This document shows positions 48,570-57,678 of a stretch of DNA of 63,192 nt, one piece after another. Made by a program: the position numbers and the translations under genes. Within the stretch, counting starts at the first letter, position 1. Each line of letters starts with the position of its first letter. The notes below the pieces were generated by a model. It was given only the letters and a program-made list of their open reading frames with translations. It did no database searches and was not told where the DNA came from. This DNA is from a virus (lineage: Duplodnaviria > Caudoviricetes): IMG/VR virus record IMGVR_UViG_3300049261_000006, positions 1-63,192 of that record. One strand, written 5' to 3'.

Positions 48570-48941
48570 ATGGAAAATAAACAATTAACGCCGGAGGAAA
48601 TACTGCATAAACACTTATTACGGGATACTGTAACAGGTTATCAGTGGATGCATATTCTTAGCGCTATGAACGAACAAACCGCTGCCCTACAAGCGCGGGT
48701 GAACCAACTTAGCCAATATGTTGCAGAGCAGGAGCAATCATGGGAAGATCGGGAGAATCAGGCTATACTACTTCAGGCTGAATTGTCAGATGCACAAGCG
48801 CGGGTGGTGGAGTTGGATGGGGATAAGGAACAACTTCACAGGCTACCGTCTTTTGTTGCCAAAGGAAATATTCCGCTATTCGAGGCCTGGTGGAATGAAA
48901 CAGTAGTACTTAATAAAATTAAAGACGCGTATGATGGGTAA
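48570..48941 (+). CDS. Coiled-coil protein with C-terminus duplicated from ORF 26751
   Basis: Ends in SFVAKGNIPLFEAWWNETVVLNKIKDAYD. Confidence 0.65.
   Translation: MENKQLTPEEILHKHLLRDTVTGYQWMHILSAMNEQTAALQARVNQLSQYVAEQEQSWEDRENQAILLQAELSDAQARVVELDGDKEQLHRLPSFVAKGNIPLFEAWWNETVVLNKIKDAYDG
48847..48935 (+). repeat. 89-bp dispersed direct repeat (partner 27538-27626)
   Basis: 88/89 identical; single synonymous T/C at 27567/48876. Confidence 0.95.
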
Positions 48942-49303
48942 TGACGTACATTGGTACACCCGACCATACGCTGATTTTATTACTAAGTTTAAAAAGATAC
49001 CAGATGGCAAACTCTAATCGTAAGGAAAAAGCATTCAAGGCAGTAAACAAAAAAGTACAACGGATATTAGAAGAAGATCTAACTGATGATGAAATTATAA
49101 TTGCAGTGATGAACGCCATTGCCGAACTACGCGATGTGGTAAGTGATACTATCACTGAAGAAGATGTACGGGCATGGGCGTTGGACAATGACCGCATGAT
49201 TATCAGCCTACACTTACGTACCAAGCGTGAGAAGTTGATAGATTTCATTAGCAAAGAAATATATCCACTACAACAAGACCGTGACGTATTTTTAATCTAT
49301 TAA
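48941..49303 (+). CDS. Hypothetical protein
   Basis: ORF; true start may be the internal MANSN. Confidence 0.6.
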   Translation: MTYIGTPDHTLILLLSLKRYQMANSNRKEKAFKAVNKKVQRILEEDLTDDEIIIAVMNAIAELRDVVSDTITEEDVRAWALDNDRMIISLHLRTKREKLIDFISKEIYPLQQDRDVFLIY

Positions 49304-49313
49304 AATATATACC

Positions 49314-49475
49314 ATGAGTGACTGGAAACAAGACTATATATTAGCGCAAGATGCAAAAAAGCAATTGGTAGAAGTATTTCCACCGGCACAATACCAGGAT
49401 ACTAAGGACGGTAACAAATTAGCTATCGTATGGGACGCACTTAGCCGGTTAGAAGAAATCTCGATGCAACGGTAA
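49314..49475 (+). CDS. Hypothetical protein (53 aa)
   Basis: MSDWKQDYILAQDAKKQ...; fills the intergenic gap; not in the ORF track. Confidence 0.55.
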   Translation: MSDWKQDYILAQDAKKQLVEVFPPAQYQDTKDGNKLAIVWDALSRLEEISMQR

Positions 49476-49585
49476 TTTTGCATAGTAAAATTTTGCATAG
49501 TAAAATTGCTGAAAAAAAATTTATTTTTTAATTTGAATAATATTGTATTATTTTACTGCATTATTCAAACTTTAAATTTTTATTT

Positions 49586-49786
49586 ATGACAGACAGAGAC
49601 GTGGTATTATTGACCAATTCAGTTCAACTATTATTGGTAGGTACCCCTGGATCACTACGTAAGAAATACGTAGATGATTTAAAAGACATGTATGAGCAGT
49701 TGATGTCACTAAAGCACGTGACAGATGACGACTTAGAAGCCGTGCATCCATGTACTACCCAAATCCTGGAAGATATACGCAACTAA
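49586..49786 (+). CDS. Hypothetical protein
   Basis: Follows a promoter-repeat copy. Confidence 0.6.
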   Translation: MTDRDVVLLTNSVQLLLVGTPGSLRKKYVDDLKDMYEQLMSLKHVTDDDLEAVHPCTTQILEDIRN

Positions 49787-49843
49787 GCGTATGCGGCAAT
49801 TAAAAATATTGCCGCTATTAAAAATTAGCTAATAGCTTACCAT

Positions 49844-50191
49844 ATGAAATACACACGTGAAAATTTTGTACTCCTCATAATTGTCTTCACCTACATAATT
49901 TTATTGATAGATACCAAGGTATTGGAGTCTCCAATAATTACTGGCCAAGGCACCATCGGTGATCCATATAGAATAATAGATACCGTACCAAAGCAGGATA
50001 CTGTTGCGTTCGATAGTTCAATAGTATCTAGCGGCGGTGGTATAGTATGGTTCATAGAGGATAATGATATTGACTACGGAGCTGATGGTACTGTGAAAGT
50101 ACACTACGACGATACTACATACATTTTTAAACGCAGCAAGAAACGACTACTACGCAGAGAAGATTTTGACAATGGTTTGTTAAGTCAATAA
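49844..50191 (+). CDS. Membrane-anchored hypothetical protein
   Basis: N-terminal TM; ITGQGTIGDPYRI resembles the GTGTxxxPY repeats in the fibre. Confidence 0.6.
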   Translation: MKYTRENFVLLIIVFTYIILLIDTKVLESPIITGQGTIGDPYRIIDTVPKQDTVAFDSSIVSSGGGIVWFIEDNDIDYGADGTVKVHYDDTTYIFKRSKKRLLRREDFDNGLLSQ

Positions 50192-50286
50192 ATATTTTTG
50201 AAAATATTTGAAAATAAATTTTTTAGTTTGAATAATATTGTATTATTTTACTTCATCAATCAAATAAACAATAAAACTAAAAAAAC

Positions 50287-50499
50287 ATGAAAACCTACAA
50301 AGTCGAAATCGAAATGCAAGTAGCTGAATCTTGGATACAAGATGGATTCAGACTCGAAGACAAGCAACAATTAATAGAAGATAAATTGGGTTGGTTGTTG
50401 CCCTACGCCGAAAGCCACGAATTTAAGGTAAAAGTGACTAAAATAATCCCACCAGTATTTACGCTTGGTGAATTAGAAGAACTTGGTTTAATTTCCTAA
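50287..50499 (+). CDS. Hypothetical protein
   Basis: Follows a promoter-repeat copy and A-rich leader. Confidence 0.65.
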   Translation: MKTYKVEIEMQVAESWIQDGFRLEDKQQLIEDKLGWLLPYAESHEFKVKVTKIIPPVFTLGELEELGLIS

Positions 50500-50502
50500 G
50501 TC

Positions 50503-51045
50503 ATGGGTACTAAAAAAATTGACATAAAAGGTAAGCACTATGGAAAGCTCCATGTGCTTACCACTTGGATGAGTACGGCCGGTAGAAAATCAAGATGGTT
50601 ATGCATGTGTGAATGTGGTGAGAGCAGAGTAGTACTAAGTGAACATCTGAGAAATGGCACTGTTACTAGCTGTAAAACATGCATGCCCAATAAAAATAAA
50701 AGCCACGGACTCAGTAAGAGTAGTACCTACATCTCATGGAGCAACATGATACAGCGCTGCACTAATCCGAACCACGACAAATATCATCTATACGGCGGCC
50801 GGGGTATTACCGTAGATCCACGGTGGTTAGAATTTAAGAACTTCTACGACGATATGGGTGACCGCCCAGCAGGCATGACACTGGATAAGATAAATAATTT
50901 CAAAGGATATTCGAAAGATAATTGCCGTTGGGCCGATTTATCTACACAGAACAGTAATAGAAGACCCTGGACACGCGTAGAAGACTTCGAAGACGTGGTT
51001 AATAATAACCAGTATAAACCGATAGACGGCGCAGAAGAGTTCTAG
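50503..51045 (+). CDS. HNH-type homing endonuclease
   Basis: WLCMCECG, W.NMIQRC.NP...Y..YGGRGI.V..RW..F.NFY.DMG.RP..TLDKINN..GYS..NCRWA. Confidence 0.88.
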   Translation: MGTKKIDIKGKHYGKLHVLTTWMSTAGRKSRWLCMCECGESRVVLSEHLRNGTVTSCKTCMPNKNKSHGLSKSSTYISWSNMIQRCTNPNHDKYHLYGGRGITVDPRWLEFKNFYDDMGDRPAGMTLDKINNFKGYSKDNCRWADLSTQNSNRRPWTRVEDFEDVVNNNQYKPIDGAEEF

Positions 51046-51122
51046 AATGAGTCCTAACAATGTTAATAAAAAAATTTTTCTACTAAATAATATTATATTA
51101 TTTTTATTATCTTAAAAAAAAT

Positions 51123-51276
51123 GTTTAGGTAGATGAGCGGTAAATTCCGGAGACGAAGTGCTCCGAATAATCCGTAAAATTAGATATTGCGGGGCACTGC
51201 AATTTTTAACTAGCGGGGAAAAATTAAAATAATGGACGCGTTGTTTTAATCGCAGGTTCGAATCCTGTCCTAAACA
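51123..51276 (+). ncRNA. tRNA-like RNA with non-canonical anticodon loop and 86-nt variable region
   Basis: Acceptor GTTTAGG/CCTAAAC, class II-type D arm, CGGAG/CTCCG stem, T arm GCAGG-TTCGAAT-CCTGT. Confidence 0.75.
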
Positions 51277-51302
51277 CAAATCATATACTAAAATTAATAC
51301 TA

Positions 51303-51461
51303 ATGAGATTTAACGATATTCACGACCAATCTGAACCAGAATTTGAGCATGACGAATATGAAGACATGACACCATTAGGTGTGATACCCACAGCGCTAAT
51401 TATCATAGGGTGCTTAATACTCTTTGCAGGAATCATATTTTCCATATACATAAATTTATAA
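51303..51461 (+). CDS. Small membrane protein (52 aa; acidic N-terminus, C-terminal TM)
   Basis: MRFNDIHDQSEPEFEHDEYEDMTPLGVIPTALIIIGCLILFAGIIFSIYINL; not in the ORF track. Confidence 0.55.
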   Translation: MRFNDIHDQSEPEFEHDEYEDMTPLGVIPTALIIIGCLILFAGIIFSIYINL

Positions 51462-51465
51462 CGCT

Positions 51466-51693
51466 ATGCCACGCAAAAATGCTAACTACGCAAAAATCAA
51501 ACGCGCCAAAAATGGCACATATTATTACACGCTGCACAACGGCGGTAATCATGAAAATATTGGTACCAATAAGGAAATCAATGATAAGATGGATATATTG
51601 GAAACCATAGTGAATAATTTTCCAGGTTGGAAGATAATTGACACTACTGCCAAAGACTACGAAGATACTAACCCTATAAACTCACACGAATGA
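51466..51693 (+). CDS. DUF1508/YegP-like protein
   Basis: IKRAKNGTYYYTL...NHENIGT motif. Confidence 0.6.
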   Translation: MPRKNANYAKIKRAKNGTYYYTLHNGGNHENIGTNKEINDKMDILETIVNNFPGWKIIDTTAKDYEDTNPINSHE

Positions 51694-52532
51694 CCACACT
51701 TACCGATAATCTCCGATTAGAAGCATATACATGGGTACTACATGATATATGCACAGCAGATGAAAATACTGGGTTAACTATATGTCCCAGGTTAAAAAAA
51801 TGGCTGATACAAAAACACGTACCGTTAGAATTATTACCATTTAGTAATGTACTTGAAATATTTCCGGAATTTGCAGACCAGCGTCCTAGTAGTAAAAAAG
51901 TAGATGATACGTGGTGGCCAATAGATGAATTAGGTCCCAGAATAAATGCACTAGTCCAAGCCATTATACGTGTAAAAATAAAAATAGCACCTAGAATATT
52001 TCGTCCCAACATGGGCATGTATACTAACGATACACAGGTATTTGACAGTTGGAAATATAATCCACTGTATAACCCAAGAAAAGTGACTGGTGAAGATGAT
52101 GCCGTATATGCCGAGTTGAAAAAATCCTACGAAGAAACAAAAGAAAACTGGAATAGGTCCTGCGAAGAAAATCGCGTGTTGCAAGCAGAAAGTAAAAAAA
52201 TAAAAGCCAATTTAGAATGGCATAGTATGATGTATAACAAGATGCTAGACCAAAATACCAGGTTAGAAAAATTAGTAGAAGCACAACGTACTGAATTGGA
52301 CAAAAAAGATGAATCAGGACACTGGGAAAAAGAATATAAATTGGCGCGGAATTTATATAACGCACAGGTAGAAAAAACTAACGTATTGAAAGCGACACTA
52401 ACAACACTTCTAAAGGTAAATTCAGATGCACAAGTCCAAGTTAATAAAGCAGTTGAAAGATATAACATTAGCACAAATGCCGGGACTCAGAGATTGGGAG
52501 ATAGCACACCTGATGGAACTCATCGCTACTGA
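51690..52532 (+). CDS. ICPRL/FPEF/WW-domain protein with coiled-coil tail
   Basis: N-terminal domain paralogous to ORF 42617. Confidence 0.7.
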   Translation: MTTLTDNLRLEAYTWVLHDICTADENTGLTICPRLKKWLIQKHVPLELLPFSNVLEIFPEFADQRPSSKKVDDTWWPIDELGPRINALVQAIIRVKIKIAPRIFRPNMGMYTNDTQVFDSWKYNPLYNPRKVTGEDDAVYAELKKSYEETKENWNRSCEENRVLQAESKKIKANLEWHSMMYNKMLDQNTRLEKLVEAQRTELDKKDESGHWEKEYKLARNLYNAQVEKTNVLKATLTTLLKVNSDAQVQVNKAVERYNISTNAGTQRLGDSTPDGTHRY

Positions 52533-52629
52533 GGTACGACTCGGCATCGGTTTATACATCGACATGACAGAAGAAGGTAGTTATAATAAACAAGCTGCCA
52601 TAACCTCTATATTAAAAAGATACCAATGA
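52426..52629 (+). CDS. Hypothetical protein
   Basis: ATGA-coupled to the next gene; overlaps the previous gene by ~107 nt. Confidence 0.5.
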   Translation: MHKSKLIKQLKDITLAQMPGLRDWEIAHLMELIATEVRLGIGLYIDMTEEGSYNKQAAITSILKRYQ

Positions 52630-52973
52630 CTAAAGAAGAAAAGCTCAGGCTAGCCGTGCCAGGCAGCGAAGTACAAGACCAATTTGGTAATATTTACGTC
52701 GTAGAACGCATCAACGGCAATTGGCTAGATGTTATATCACCGGATTCACGATTTCACACCTCATTCTGGATAGATAATGACAAATGGTCACCAGTTATTA
52801 AGCAAGATAGCGAAGAAGATGAGTTGGACGACGCGTACGACATGGAAACTGAACTGCCCATAGATGAAGTAAGCCAGGCCTATAAACTCGGCTTTGAAGC
52901 AGGCTGGCTAGCGCATAATCAATCATTAATTAACCAGTCAATACTAGACGACCACTTAAAAAAATTGCCATGA
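52626..52973 (+). CDS. Hypothetical protein
   Basis: Coupled ORF; AYKLGFEAGW motif. Confidence 0.65.
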   Translation: MTKEEKLRLAVPGSEVQDQFGNIYVVERINGNWLDVISPDSRFHTSFWIDNDKWSPVIKQDSEEDELDDAYDMETELPIDEVSQAYKLGFEAGWLAHNQSLINQSILDDHLKKLP

Positions 52974-53431
52974 TAGTACAAGTAATAAAATGTCAAAAGA
53001 AAACATTTTGGTACGATGATTTTATAAATTCATATTTTGAAGTATTATCAGTAAATAAAAATGAAGGAGTAGAAGTACATGTACCAAATCAAGTAGGTAT
53101 GGGTTCTGAAACAGGATTTATAGGATGGGGCGATTTTTTTATCGTGCCATGGAATACGAAAGTAGACATGGTATATAGTCCTTTTCAAAATGACACAGAC
53201 AACAAAGTAATAAATACTGAGACTAAAAAAAGTAAATGGCATGCTGCACAGCCGTTTTATCCAAACTATAAGAAACCAAAGAAAGGTATGGACTACTTAG
53301 TCTTGTTAGAAGATGAATCCATGAAAATTGCGATATACCAAGATGATAAAACTTGGCGGATATCACCATATATTCATGATAGTCGAAAAGTAGTATATTA
53401 TCGCAAACTTCCAAAAACTCCCTTCTCATGA
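52970..53431 (+). CDS. Hypothetical protein (DUF551-like C-terminus)
   Basis: KW....P.K...YLVL...IAIY....W......VVYYRKLP. Confidence 0.6.
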   Translation: MIVQVIKCQKKTFWYDDFINSYFEVLSVNKNEGVEVHVPNQVGMGSETGFIGWGDFFIVPWNTKVDMVYSPFQNDTDNKVINTETKKSKWHAAQPFYPNYKKPKKGMDYLVLLEDESMKIAIYQDDKTWRISPYIHDSRKVVYYRKLPKTPFS

Positions 53432-53652
53432 TCCACATTGAAAAAGTCGAACATCATCGTAATTACCACGTAGAGGGTAGTGTATTACCGCACCGGGTAC
53501 ACACCGGTAGCACCATTACTATAAACATCGGTGCTAACAAGGCCGAGCAAAAATTAATTGCTAAACTGCTAGACCGGTTGCAAGCACACGCCGAGCGGTT
53601 GAAAGATCAGCACGATACCAATTTAAACGAATGGGCTAAAAACGCAGATTGA
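53428..53652 (+). CDS. Hypothetical protein
   Basis: Coupled ORF. Confidence 0.6.
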   Translation: MIHIEKVEHHRNYHVEGSVLPHRVHTGSTITINIGANKAEQKLIAKLLDRLQAHAERLKDQHDTNLNEWAKNAD

Positions 53653-53653
53653 T

Positions 53654-53854
53654 ATGCCAGATTACAAAATCAAAATCAAAGAAAGTGACGTCAAACATAG
53701 CGTAATGAGTTTTGCAATGCAGAAGAAATTACCGGCACAGTTAAGTGCTATGAAAGTATCAGAGATTATAAATTTTCTATCTGAATTTACACGTCATCTC
53801 AACGAGGATGATAAATATAACCAGTATTTTGGATTACAAGATAAGGAGGAATAA
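53654..53854 (+). CDS. Hypothetical protein
   Basis: Tightly packed ORF. Confidence 0.6.
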   Translation: MPDYKIKIKESDVKHSVMSFAMQKKLPAQLSAMKVSEIINFLSEFTRHLNEDDKYNQYFGLQDKEE

Positions 53855-53857
53855 ATT

Positions 53858-54193
53858 ATGGACGCAGCAGAATATGACAGGCAAATTGAAAATTATGAAT
53901 CTCAGATAGACAAATTAAAATCAACTATACGGGATTTAGAAATTGCGCTAGACCATAACTGTCCTTACTGTGATGGTAGAGGATTTGTAGTAGGTTGGGA
54001 AAATTCAATGCCTAATTGTCGTGAATGTGGTGGACTAGGATATATAGAATATGTACCTAAAAAGGATTATGATAAGGTCATGAAGTTATTGAAATTAGAA
54101 CTTAAAAAATTTTATGACCGTGAACGAGAAATTCCTATGAGTTTTGATGACTATCTGATTTATTACTGCAAAGAACATCACGTAAATTTATAA
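53858..54193 (+). CDS. Zinc-finger protein (DnaJ-type CxxCxGxG x2)
   Basis: CPYCDGRG and CRECGGLG. Confidence 0.75.
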   Translation: MDAAEYDRQIENYESQIDKLKSTIRDLEIALDHNCPYCDGRGFVVGWENSMPNCRECGGLGYIEYVPKKDYDKVMKLLKLELKKFYDREREIPMSFDDYLIYYCKEHHVNL

Positions 54194-54198
54194 TCAAC

Positions 54199-54456
54199 AT
54201 GGGATACGAACCGTTAAAATACGAGTCAGATGAATTTAGCATATTGATTCGTGAATACGTATATACAGATGAACAAAATAATCCAGGTCGTAAATATACT
54301 CATGTGTTACCTGGTCCAGACGATATTACCGCGTTAGTAGTATATTACGACCATGTTCATAGATTTAAAAGTCATTACGAATATATTCGCATAGAAACTT
54401 ATCTAACTGGAGTAATATTTTCAAATGTAACCGACAAAATAAAAACCAAACTATGA
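54199..54456 (+). CDS. Hypothetical protein
   Basis: Tightly packed ORF. Confidence 0.6.
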   Translation: MGYEPLKYESDEFSILIREYVYTDEQNNPGRKYTHVLPGPDDITALVVYYDHVHRFKSHYEYIRIETYLTGVIFSNVTDKIKTKL

Positions 54457-54926
54457 TCAATAAAAATATTACCCTGCTGAAAGACGTAGTAGAATTTTTA
54501 CCACCTACTCTAAAGACAAATGCGCAACAGTACTTAAATGATTTGGAAGATAATTTCAACAATCTAATTAAGGAACTGGACGCTACCTATCAAAACTGTG
54601 TATACCCGTATGTGCCGGCTGAGATGATGAGTATTTATAACTACCGGCCCAGGCCAGACGCACAGCGCATTTGCCATCTCAACATAGATGACCGGTTTAT
54701 ACTACTCGGCCGCGAACAAATAGTCTTACACGTAGACGAGACACATATCTATTTTACTGCATATAAAGATGGCATGCCGAAATCTTATGAGAAAACGTAC
54801 GTCGGCGATGGCCAAAGAAAACCAGGTAATTATGCACGCTACATAAGAGTTAACTACAAACCAAATGCCAGTAGCCGTTATGACTCTGTAGGCAAGAAAA
54901 GTCAGCAGATAATTCAGATTTTATAA
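54453..54926 (+). CDS. Hypothetical protein
   Basis: ATGA-coupled ORF. Confidence 0.65.
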   Translation: MINKNITLLKDVVEFLPPTLKTNAQQYLNDLEDNFNNLIKELDATYQNCVYPYVPAEMMSIYNYRPRPDAQRICHLNIDDRFILLGREQIVLHVDETHIYFTAYKDGMPKSYEKTYVGDGQRKPGNYARYIRVNYKPNASSRYDSVGKKSQQIIQIL

Positions 54927-54972
54927 TAACGTATATTCGCAGACACGCCTAACATAAAGCCACAGATTGGTT

Positions 54973-57675
54973 ATGATATTACATGATGGACTGCTAGATA
55001 TCGCGGTCGGTAAATACCGTCGTGATAAACACTGGAAAAACAAAGAAATACTATGGTCAGGACTAATACAGCAACTTAAGAAAACTACCCGCACCCGGGA
55101 AACTTACCTGGAATATACTAAATCCAAAAAGGAACGCCAAGACGAGATCAAAGACGTCGGCGGTTTTGTAGGTGGATTTATCAATGGTGGCAGACGTAAG
55201 AAAAACGCTGTCCTGCACCGTAGTATGCTCTCGCTAGATATTGATTTCGGTACCTTAGAAATCTGGGAAGACTACGTAATGACCTGGGGCCGGGCTGCAG
55301 TACTCTACTCAACACATAAGCACTCACCAGACAATCCACGTCTCAGACTTATCATACCGCTGTCCAGGCCGGTATTCTCGGACGAATATACAGCCATCGG
55401 CAGAAAGGTGGCAGGTGAACTCGATATCGAAGTGTTCGACCCAACCACCTTCGAACCCTCTAGGCTTATGTACTGGCCATCCACGTCGAAAGACGGGGAA
55501 TATATCACGAAAATCCTAGACGCGCCCTGGATGGACCCGGATGAGGTCCTGGATATGTATAAAGACTGGCGCGATAGTAGCCAATGGCCGGTATCAGAAA
55601 AACAAGCAAAAAAGTTAGTTCGTGACATAAAACAACAGGCCGACCCGACTGAAAAGCCAGGACTAATAGGTGCCTTTTGTAAGGCATACACCATACAAGA
55701 CGCGATAGATACATTTCTCAGTGACATCTACGAGCCGGCTGGTGAAAACGGCGATGGTGTGAGATACACTTACAAACCTGGGTCGACAACTGCGGGCGTA
55801 GTAGTATACGATGATATGTACGCGTATTCGCATCACGGTACTGACCCAGCGGGTGGTAAGCTATGTAACGCATTTGACTTAGTCAGGCTACATAAGTTTG
55901 GTCTGAAAGACCCAGAAGATGCGGAGTTCGAGGATTTGAAAGGTGGGCAACTACCATCATTCAAATTAATGCAGGAGTTCGCGGCAAAACAATCCGCAGT
56001 AAAAGAAACATTGATCACCGATCGTCTTACAAATGCTATGTCAGATTTCGACGACGATTACCAAATTGAAGAAGATGGAGATAATAAACAGTCGTTGGGA
56101 CAGCAACAAAGGAAAGCAGATAGTATTCAAAATTCGTCTAAGCAAAAGGCAAAGAAGAATGCGGTATCTACACGAAAAGAAGATGGAGAAGTATTGGGCG
56201 AGGATAGCGAGGAGTCTGAACCAGATGGAACAGAACACACAGCCACTACTGGAGAGCTTCGCAAGACTAAACCAGGAAACAGAGAATCTATTAAGCCGGA
56301 CACCGAAAATCTGAAAGATAAGAAATGGTATAAGAAGCTGGACGTAAATGCCAAGACTGGTATATGCTTATCTACGATCCATAACGTGGCCGTCATACTG
56401 GAGAATGATCCAAACCTCAAAGGTAAATTCAAATATGATGAGTTCAAGCAACAGAAGATACTTACCGGTAATATTATCTGGCGCAAGGACCCAGTAACGG
56501 ATCTAAACCGCGAGATACGCGACGACGACGAAGAAAACCTCATCAAATATATCGAACACTATGGCATCAAATCAAGACCCGACATCTCAACCGCATTCGC
56601 CACTCATATACGTAGCCATGCCTTCCACCCGGTTAGAGATTACCTGGAACGGCTCACATGGGATGGTACTGACCGGATCAGCCGTTTATTTGTGGAATAC
56701 CTTGGCGCCGAGGAATCCCCATACACTATTACTGTTACGCGCAAAATCCTCGTTGCGGCAGTGGCGCGCGTATTTCGGCCCGGGTGCAAGTTCGACAATA
56801 TACTGGTATTGGTCGGCAAGCAGGGTATTGGCAAATCCACACTCATCAAAAAACTCGGGCGCCAATGGTTCAGTGACTCGTTCAGTTTCTCCATGATACA
56901 TTCTAAGGAAGGCGCCGAACAACTGATGGGTGCCTGGCTCATCGAGATAGGTGAACTTGCCGGTATGCGTAAGGCAGATATCGACATCGTCAAACACTTC
57001 GTCGGTAAGGCAGAAGATTCTTTCAGACCAGCATACGGCCGTAACAAAATCACATTGCCGCGGCAAAGCATATTTTTCGCATCTACTAATAATATGGATT
57101 TCTTACGCGACCCGACTGGTAATCGGCGCTTTTGGCCGATACAATCCCAATACGCGGAGCGTACTAAGGACCCGTTCAAAGACCTGAATAGTGATGAAGT
57201 AGATCAAATATGGGCACAGGCAGTAGAACTATATCAAGATGGTGAGACACTACACTTAGATAATTATATGGAATCGGTAGCAAATAAGGTACAAAAAGAA
57301 CACATGGAGCAAGACAGTAAATATGGCTTGATAGTTGAATACTTAGATACCTTGCTGCCTACACAGTGGAGGCAGATGAGTCTTAATGAACGACGCGGTT
57401 GGCTGCAAACAAAGGACGACGAAGATGTGATAAGCGAAAAAGGTAGTGTAGAACGTACAAAAGTTTGTGCCCTAGAGATATATTGTGAGCTGTTTGGTGG
57501 TACTACAAAAGACATGGACCGGGTAAAAATGAGAGAAATAAACGACATACTACGGCAGGTGCCGGGATGGAAAGAGGAGAAAAAAGCCGCGAAATTTAAA
57601 ATTTATGGTGTGCAAAAACTTTTTGCGAAAATCGACAATTGGGTAGAAAATTTGCTAAATAAAGTAGAAAAATAG
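54973..57675 (+). CDS. Primase-helicase (AEP-type N-terminus plus VapE/VirE SF3 helicase)
   Basis: KDVGGFVGG, LSLDID, STHKH, RLMYWPS; FHPVRDYL, GKQGIGKST (Walker A), IEIGEL, FRPAYGR, DPTGNRRFWP. Confidence 0.93.
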   Translation: MILHDGLLDIAVGKYRRDKHWKNKEILWSGLIQQLKKTTRTRETYLEYTKSKKERQDEIKDVGGFVGGFINGGRRKKNAVLHRSMLSLDIDFGTLEIWEDYVMTWGRAAVLYSTHKHSPDNPRLRLIIPLSRPVFSDEYTAIGRKVAGELDIEVFDPTTFEPSRLMYWPSTSKDGEYITKILDAPWMDPDEVLDMYKDWRDSSQWPVSEKQAKKLVRDIKQQADPTEKPGLIGAFCKAYTIQDAIDTFLSDIYEPAGENGDGVRYTYKPGSTTAGVVVYDDMYAYSHHGTDPAGGKLCNAFDLVRLHKFGLKDPEDAEFEDLKGGQLPSFKLMQEFAAKQSAVKETLITDRLTNAMSDFDDDYQIEEDGDNKQSLGQQQRKADSIQNSSKQKAKKNAVSTRKEDGEVLGEDSEESEPDGTEHTATTGELRKTKPGNRESIKPDTENLKDKKWYKKLDVNAKTGICLSTIHNVAVILENDPNLKGKFKYDEFKQQKILTGNIIWRKDPVTDLNREIRDDDEENLIKYIEHYGIKSRPDISTAFATHIRSHAFHPVRDYLERLTWDGTDRISRLFVEYLGAEESPYTITVTRKILVAAVARVFRPGCKFDNILVLVGKQGIGKSTLIKKLGRQWFSDSFSFSMIHSKEGAEQLMGAWLIEIGELAGMRKADIDIVKHFVGKAEDSFRPAYGRNKITLPRQSIFFASTNNMDFLRDPTGNRRFWPIQSQYAERTKDPFKDLNSDEVDQIWAQAVELYQDGETLHLDNYMESVANKVQKEHMEQDSKYGLIVEYLDTLLPTQWRQMSLNERRGWLQTKDDEDVISEKGSVERTKVCALEIYCELFGGTTKDMDRVKMREINDILRQVPGWKEEKKAAKFKIYGVQKLFAKIDNWVENLLNKVEK
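56075..56314 (+). CDS. Candidate overprinted gene within the primase linker (79 aa)
   Basis: Alternative-frame ORF coincides with the low-complexity linker. Confidence 0.4.
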   Translation: MEIINSRWDSNKGKQIVFKIRLSKRQRRMRYLHEKKMEKYWARIARSLNQMEQNTQPLLESFARLNQETENLLSRTPKI

Positions 57676-57678
57676 CAA

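Noticed and set aside
27538-48935. Diversity-generating retroelement (TR/VR pair)
   Set aside because: The repeat has one T/C synonymous difference rather than multiple adenine-specific changes, both copies are coding, and no reverse transcriptase is visible
49474-49507. 15-bp tandem duplication AATTTTGCATAGTAA
   Set aside because: Two copies only; most simply a slippage duplication with no evident function
51123-51276. tmRNA, selenocysteine tRNA or intron-containing tRNA
   Set aside because: Too short for tmRNA and has a D stem; no UCA anticodon; the insert lies in the variable region and is far shorter than a group I intron
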